Source: Promethearchaeota archaeon (GTDB taxonomy: Archaea > Asgardarchaeota > Lokiarchaeia > Sigyniarchaeales > SOKP01). Taken from it: DNA of 21,602 nucleotides. Positions 18,167 through 21,602 of this stretch are shown here, piece by piece. Each line of letters begins with the position of its first letter. The stretch's first letter is position 1. The position numbers and the translations under genes were made by a program. The notes beneath the pieces were generated by a model. It had not been told where the DNA came from, searched no databases, and worked only from the letters and a program-made list of their open reading frames with translations. The stretch spans positions 1 to 21,602 of the forward strand of contig JBHLME010000075.1 in the NCBI GenBank assembly GCA_048938445.1, read 5' to 3'.

Positions 18167-19969
18167 TCAGTTATTTGGATTTTCTTCCCTTCTTTCTAAA
18201 GCTAGTCTAGTTTCTGGTTTTAGTTCTAATCCCAAAACATCTAATTGCTCATCAGTAACCACGTTTGGTGCATCTCCTAAAGGTAAAACTGCCATTCTAG
18301 TTTTAGGAAATGCAATCACTTCACGTATTCCTGGTTCATCAACCATTAACATTACTAGTCGGTCTAAACCAATAGCTAATCCCCCATGAGGTGGAGCTCC
18401 GTATTTTAACGCCTCAATTAGGAAAGAAAAATTTTGTTCTGCTATCTTTGGAGGAATTCCTAAGACTTTAAAAACTTTCTCTTGAACTTTAGGATCATGG
18501 ATACGAATACTTCCACCACCAATTTCATATCCATTCAAGACAATATCATAAGCATTTGCTAAAACTTCTTCGGGATTTTCTTGAAATGTATCTAAATATT
18601 CCTCCTTAAAAGATGTAAATGGATGATGCATTGCTGTCCATCTTTTATCTTCCTCACTCCACTCAAATGAGGGGAAGTCTACAACCCATAGAAAATTAAA
18701 TTGATCCTTTGGTATGAGGTTCATATCATTAGCTAATTTAATTCTTAGTTCACCTAATCCTCTATAAACGTTAGAACTCTTTTCTCCTGCCAAAATAATC
18801 AAATCTCCGTCTTTAGAACCAAGTCTTTTGATTATTTTCTTTATGATGTCTTCACTCAAATACTTGGTTAAAGGACTCTTTATTACATTGTCGATTAACT
18901 TGATGTTTGCTAGCTCTTTAGTCTTAAATTTCTGGACATAAGCACGCCATTTATTGAAGTTTTTATTTGAAATATCTCCTTGCCCTTTTATGTTTATTGC
19001 GCTGATAATTCCATTTTTTTGTTCAAATACATTTTTAAAAATGGATACATCTTTAGGGATTAAATCTGTAATTTCAACCAGTTCTAGACCATACCTCGTA
19101 TCTGGCTTGTCAACTCCAAATCGCGACATTGCTTCTTTATAAGTCATTCTAGGGAAAGGAGTTTTAACTTTCCTATTCAGGACGGTCTTAAATAGATGCT
19201 TAATCAATCCTTCAACAACATTAATTATATCATCTTGAGTAATGAAAGACATTTCCAAGTCAATTTGAGTGAATTCTGGTTGTCGTTCGGGTCTTAAATC
19301 CTCATCACGAAAACACCGGGCAATTTGATAATATTTTTCAAATCCAGAAACCATAAGCATTTGTTTGAATAATTGTGGTGATTGTGGTAATGCATAAAAT
19401 TTTCCCTTATGAACCCTACTTGGCACGAGATAATCTCTTGCTCCCTCAGGAGTGCTTTTTGTTAACATTGGTGTTTCGACCTCGATAAATCCTTGAGAAT
19501 CGAGGAAGATCCTAGTTTCAGAAGTTATTTTAGCCCTTGTTTTGATGTTTTCTTGGAGTTTAGGGTGCCGTAAATCTATATACCTGTATTTTAGGCGGAC
19601 GGGTAAAGAAGCTTTCTTCTTGTCCTTGAAATGGTATGGTAGGGGTTCTGCTGAATTCAAGATTTTTAAAGATTCAATTTCAACTTCAATTTCTCCTGTT
19701 GGCAGCTTTTTATTTTCTGTCCCCTCCGGACGTTTTTTTACTATTCCTGTTACTTGAATTACGGATTCTCTATTTATAGCTTGTATTCTATTATTGAGTT
19801 CTTCATTTAATTCTTCTCTTTTTGTTACCACCTGAACTAATCCTTTCCAATCTCTTAAATCAATGAAGAATGTGTTTCCATGATCCCGGATGGCATGTAC
19901 CCATCCTGCAATTGTTACTTTTTTTCCCTCATCAGAACTCCTTAAAATTCCACATGAATGATCTTTCAT
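18167..19969 (-). CDS. aspS: Aspartate--tRNA ligase, bacterial type with GAD insertion domain, probably non-discriminating
   Basis: 600 aa; OB-fold RDHGNTFFIDLRD, RYRYIDLR-like RLKYRYIDLR, ETPMLTKSTPEGARDYLVPSR, ALPQSPQLFKQMLM, CFRDEDLR, HHPFT, GAPPHGGLAIGLDRL. Confidence 0.97.
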   Translation of the reverse strand: MKDHSCGILRSSDEGKKVTIAGWVHAIRDHGNTFFIDLRDWKGLVQVVTKREELNEELNNRIQAINRESVIQVTGIVKKRPEGTENKKLPTGEIEVEIESLKILNSAEPLPYHFKDKKKASLPVRLKYRYIDLRHPKLQENIKTRAKITSETRIFLDSQGFIEVETPMLTKSTPEGARDYLVPSRVHKGKFYALPQSPQLFKQMLMVSGFEKYYQIARCFRDEDLRPERQPEFTQIDLEMSFITQDDIINVVEGLIKHLFKTVLNRKVKTPFPRMTYKEAMSRFGVDKPDTRYGLELVEITDLIPKDVSIFKNVFEQKNGIISAINIKGQGDISNKNFNKWRAYVQKFKTKELANIKLIDNVIKSPLTKYLSEDIIKKIIKRLGSKDGDLIILAGEKSSNVYRGLGELRIKLANDMNLIPKDQFNFLWVVDFPSFEWSEEDKRWTAMHHPFTSFKEEYLDTFQENPEEVLANAYDIVLNGYEIGGGSIRIHDPKVQEKVFKVLGIPPKIAEQNFSFLIEALKYGAPPHGGLAIGLDRLVMLMVDEPGIREVIAFPKTRMAVLPLGDAPNVVTDEQLDVLGLELKPETRLALERREENPNN

Positions 19970-20110
19970 TTCAATCTCGATGTTGTTTTTTTGAATTAAT
20001 TATAAGTCCATAAGGTATGATTTCTAAAAATAATTTTCGATTTAATCTTTAAAAGCAAAGGAATATAAGAATAATTATTAAAAAGTGATGATTTTTATTT
20101 TTAATTTATT

Positions 20111-21037
20111 ATGACAGAAGATTTCAAATCCATATTTGATTCATACATAAAAGCGGGGAAAGCCGTAATTGCTGCTAAAAAGCTTGCAAGAGAAATTAGT
20201 GTTCCTGGAACATCATATTTAGAGATTGCAGAAAAATGTGAAGAAAAGATCATTAATAATGGCGCTAATCTTGCCTTTCCAATAAACATGTCTTTAAATG
20301 AACAAGCAGCTCACTATAGCCCTCCAATTGATGATGAAACTGTTGTTCCTGAAAGCGGTTTGTTAAAAATTGATTTAGGATCTCACGTGGATGGATTTAT
20401 TGCTGATTCTGCTTTTACAATCAATTTAGATGAGGCCCCAAAACTTCAAACTTATATTGATGCCGCCAATCAAGCATTAGAAGCTGCGATTTCTTTATTC
20501 AAACCGGGTACAAAATTATATGAACTTGGAGAAGCTATCGATCAATCTATTAAAAAATTTGGTTTAAATCCTATTAAAAATCTCGGTGGTCATAAATTAA
20601 AACAAAACAACTTGCATGCTGGTGAATTCATTCCTAATTATAAGGCAACTCAACATGATGAGGTTTTAATGCCAGGAGATGCATATGCTTGTGAACCATT
20701 CTCAACTTCGGGAGTTGGTTTTGTAGAAAATGGAAAAATATCATATATCTATAGATTTGAGAAAAAAATTACTAAAAATATGGGATATGAAGAGAAAAAT
20801 TATGTAAATAAAATTGAGAAAGTCTGTAGTAGGCTTCCATTCTCTCCTCGGCTTCTCCTATCTAAAAATGTAATTCCAAAAAGTAAAATTAAAAACATCA
20901 TTAATTCCTTTCTTAGAAAAGGAATTCTCGAGCATTATCCAATATTAATAGAAAGGTCTAAAGCACCTGTTGCTCAACAAGAACACACGATAATAATAGA
21001 CATGGATGGAAATACTCATGTCACTACTATGGAATGA
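20111..21037 (+). CDS. map: Methionine aminopeptidase, type II
   Basis: AFPINMS, AAHYSP, KIDLGSHVDGFIADSA, NLGGH, LHAG, YACEPF, helical insertion, AQQEHT. Confidence 0.97.
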   Translation: MTEDFKSIFDSYIKAGKAVIAAKKLAREISVPGTSYLEIAEKCEEKIINNGANLAFPINMSLNEQAAHYSPPIDDETVVPESGLLKIDLGSHVDGFIADSAFTINLDEAPKLQTYIDAANQALEAAISLFKPGTKLYELGEAIDQSIKKFGLNPIKNLGGHKLKQNNLHAGEFIPNYKATQHDEVLMPGDAYACEPFSTSGVGFVENGKISYIYRFEKKITKNMGYEEKNYVNKIEKVCSRLPFSPRLLLSKNVIPKSKIKNIINSFLRKGILEHYPILIERSKAPVAQQEHTIIIDMDGNTHVTTME

Positions 21038-21602
21038 TTTTATAAATAATCTTGTAGTAATCATACTATGTGCGGGAGAAGGTCGCCGCATGAAAGAATA
21101 CTCAAAAGAAATTCCTAAACCATTACTAAAGATCTCTTCACTCAATAACAAGACAATACTTCAAAATACCATAGAAATTTTAAAAACTCTTGGAATTAAA
21201 GAAACTTTTGTCGTGAAAGGTCATTTAGGTCATCTAATTGATGAAAATATAGCGTCTCTTGATAAAAATATAACAATAATAGATTCAAAAGAAGAATATA
21301 AAAAAGGTCCATTAAATTCATTTATAGAAGTATTAAAATCTCAAAATTATCAGAATACAATGAGCTTATTAAATGAGAAGGGATTTTTTTTAGTGATTCC
21401 TGGTGATACCATCTTTGAATCACTCCTTTTACACGAAATTTTAGAGCAAGCCAGGAAACATCAATTAGAATTCAAGAAAATTCCTTTAGTTTTTTATAGA
21501 AATTTAAATCCGGAGTTAATATATAATACAAAAAAACAAGAGATTAATAAAATAACAAAAAAAATATCAATCGCAGTTATTCAAAAGAACCATCCAAGTA
21601 AT
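21018..21602 (+). CDS. Sugar-phosphate nucleotidyltransferase (NTP_transferase family), 3'-partial, not in the ORF track
   Basis: Manual translation: MSLLWNDFINNLVVIILCAGEGRRMKEYSKEIPKPLLKI...VIPGDTIF. The frame is open to the window end and overlaps the map stop by 20 nt. Confidence 0.9.
   Translation, partial: MSLLWNDFINNLVVIILCAGEGRRMKEYSKEIPKPLLKISSLNNKTILQNTIEILKTLGIKETFVVKGHLGHLIDENIASLDKNITIIDSKEEYKKGPLNSFIEVLKSQNYQNTMSLLNEKGFFLVIPGDTIFESLLLHEILEQARKHQLEFKKIPLVFYRNLNPELIYNTKKQEINKITKKISIAVIQKNHPSN

Noticed and set aside
10449-21151. Short opposite-strand ORFs (10449-10673, 16320-16502, 16740-17024, 18138-18389, 18954-19142, 19542-19757, 20101-20289, 20945-21151)
   Set aside because: They are antisense shadows of the maturase, MTase, thiolase, aspS, map and nucleotidyltransferase genes.
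1-21602. tRNA/rRNA genes, CRISPR arrays, IS elements, prophage genes
   Set aside because: No cloverleaf-like GC-rich segments, repeat-spacer periodicity, or transposase, integrase or viral motifs were seen by eye.

Overview
AT-rich, gene-dense archaeal chromosomal segment, most consistent with an Asgard archaeon (Lokiarchaeia-like). This is inferred from eL38, unfused eL40, Pth2, archaeal TruD, type II MetAP, an Alba paralogue, an Rpn11/CSN5-like JAMM protein and a large TPR protein. The window is mostly housekeeping and informational genes (prs, rpl40e, rpl38e, a NusA-like gene, pth2, truD, aspS, map). Interleaved accessory genes are an anaerobic sulfatase maturase plus sulfatase pair, an orphan Mod-like DNA methyltransferase and a thiolase. 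Reading the DNA adds three CDSs missing from the ORF track: eL40, a 58-aa CxxC/CxxC microprotein and a 3'-partial nucleotidyltransferase. It also shows that the NusA-like gene has an N-terminal Zn-binding motif cut off from its likely TTG start by one extra A in an A8 run. Other notable points are a bacterial-type, probably non-discriminating AspRS, a VMP1-like DedA protein, a degenerate IscU and a ~58-aa helical repeat protein. No rRNA, tRNA, CRISPR array or transposase was recognised. I see no clear-cut complete novel system; the best candidates are the JAMM/Alba/Zn-microprotein cluster and the NusA-like frameshift.
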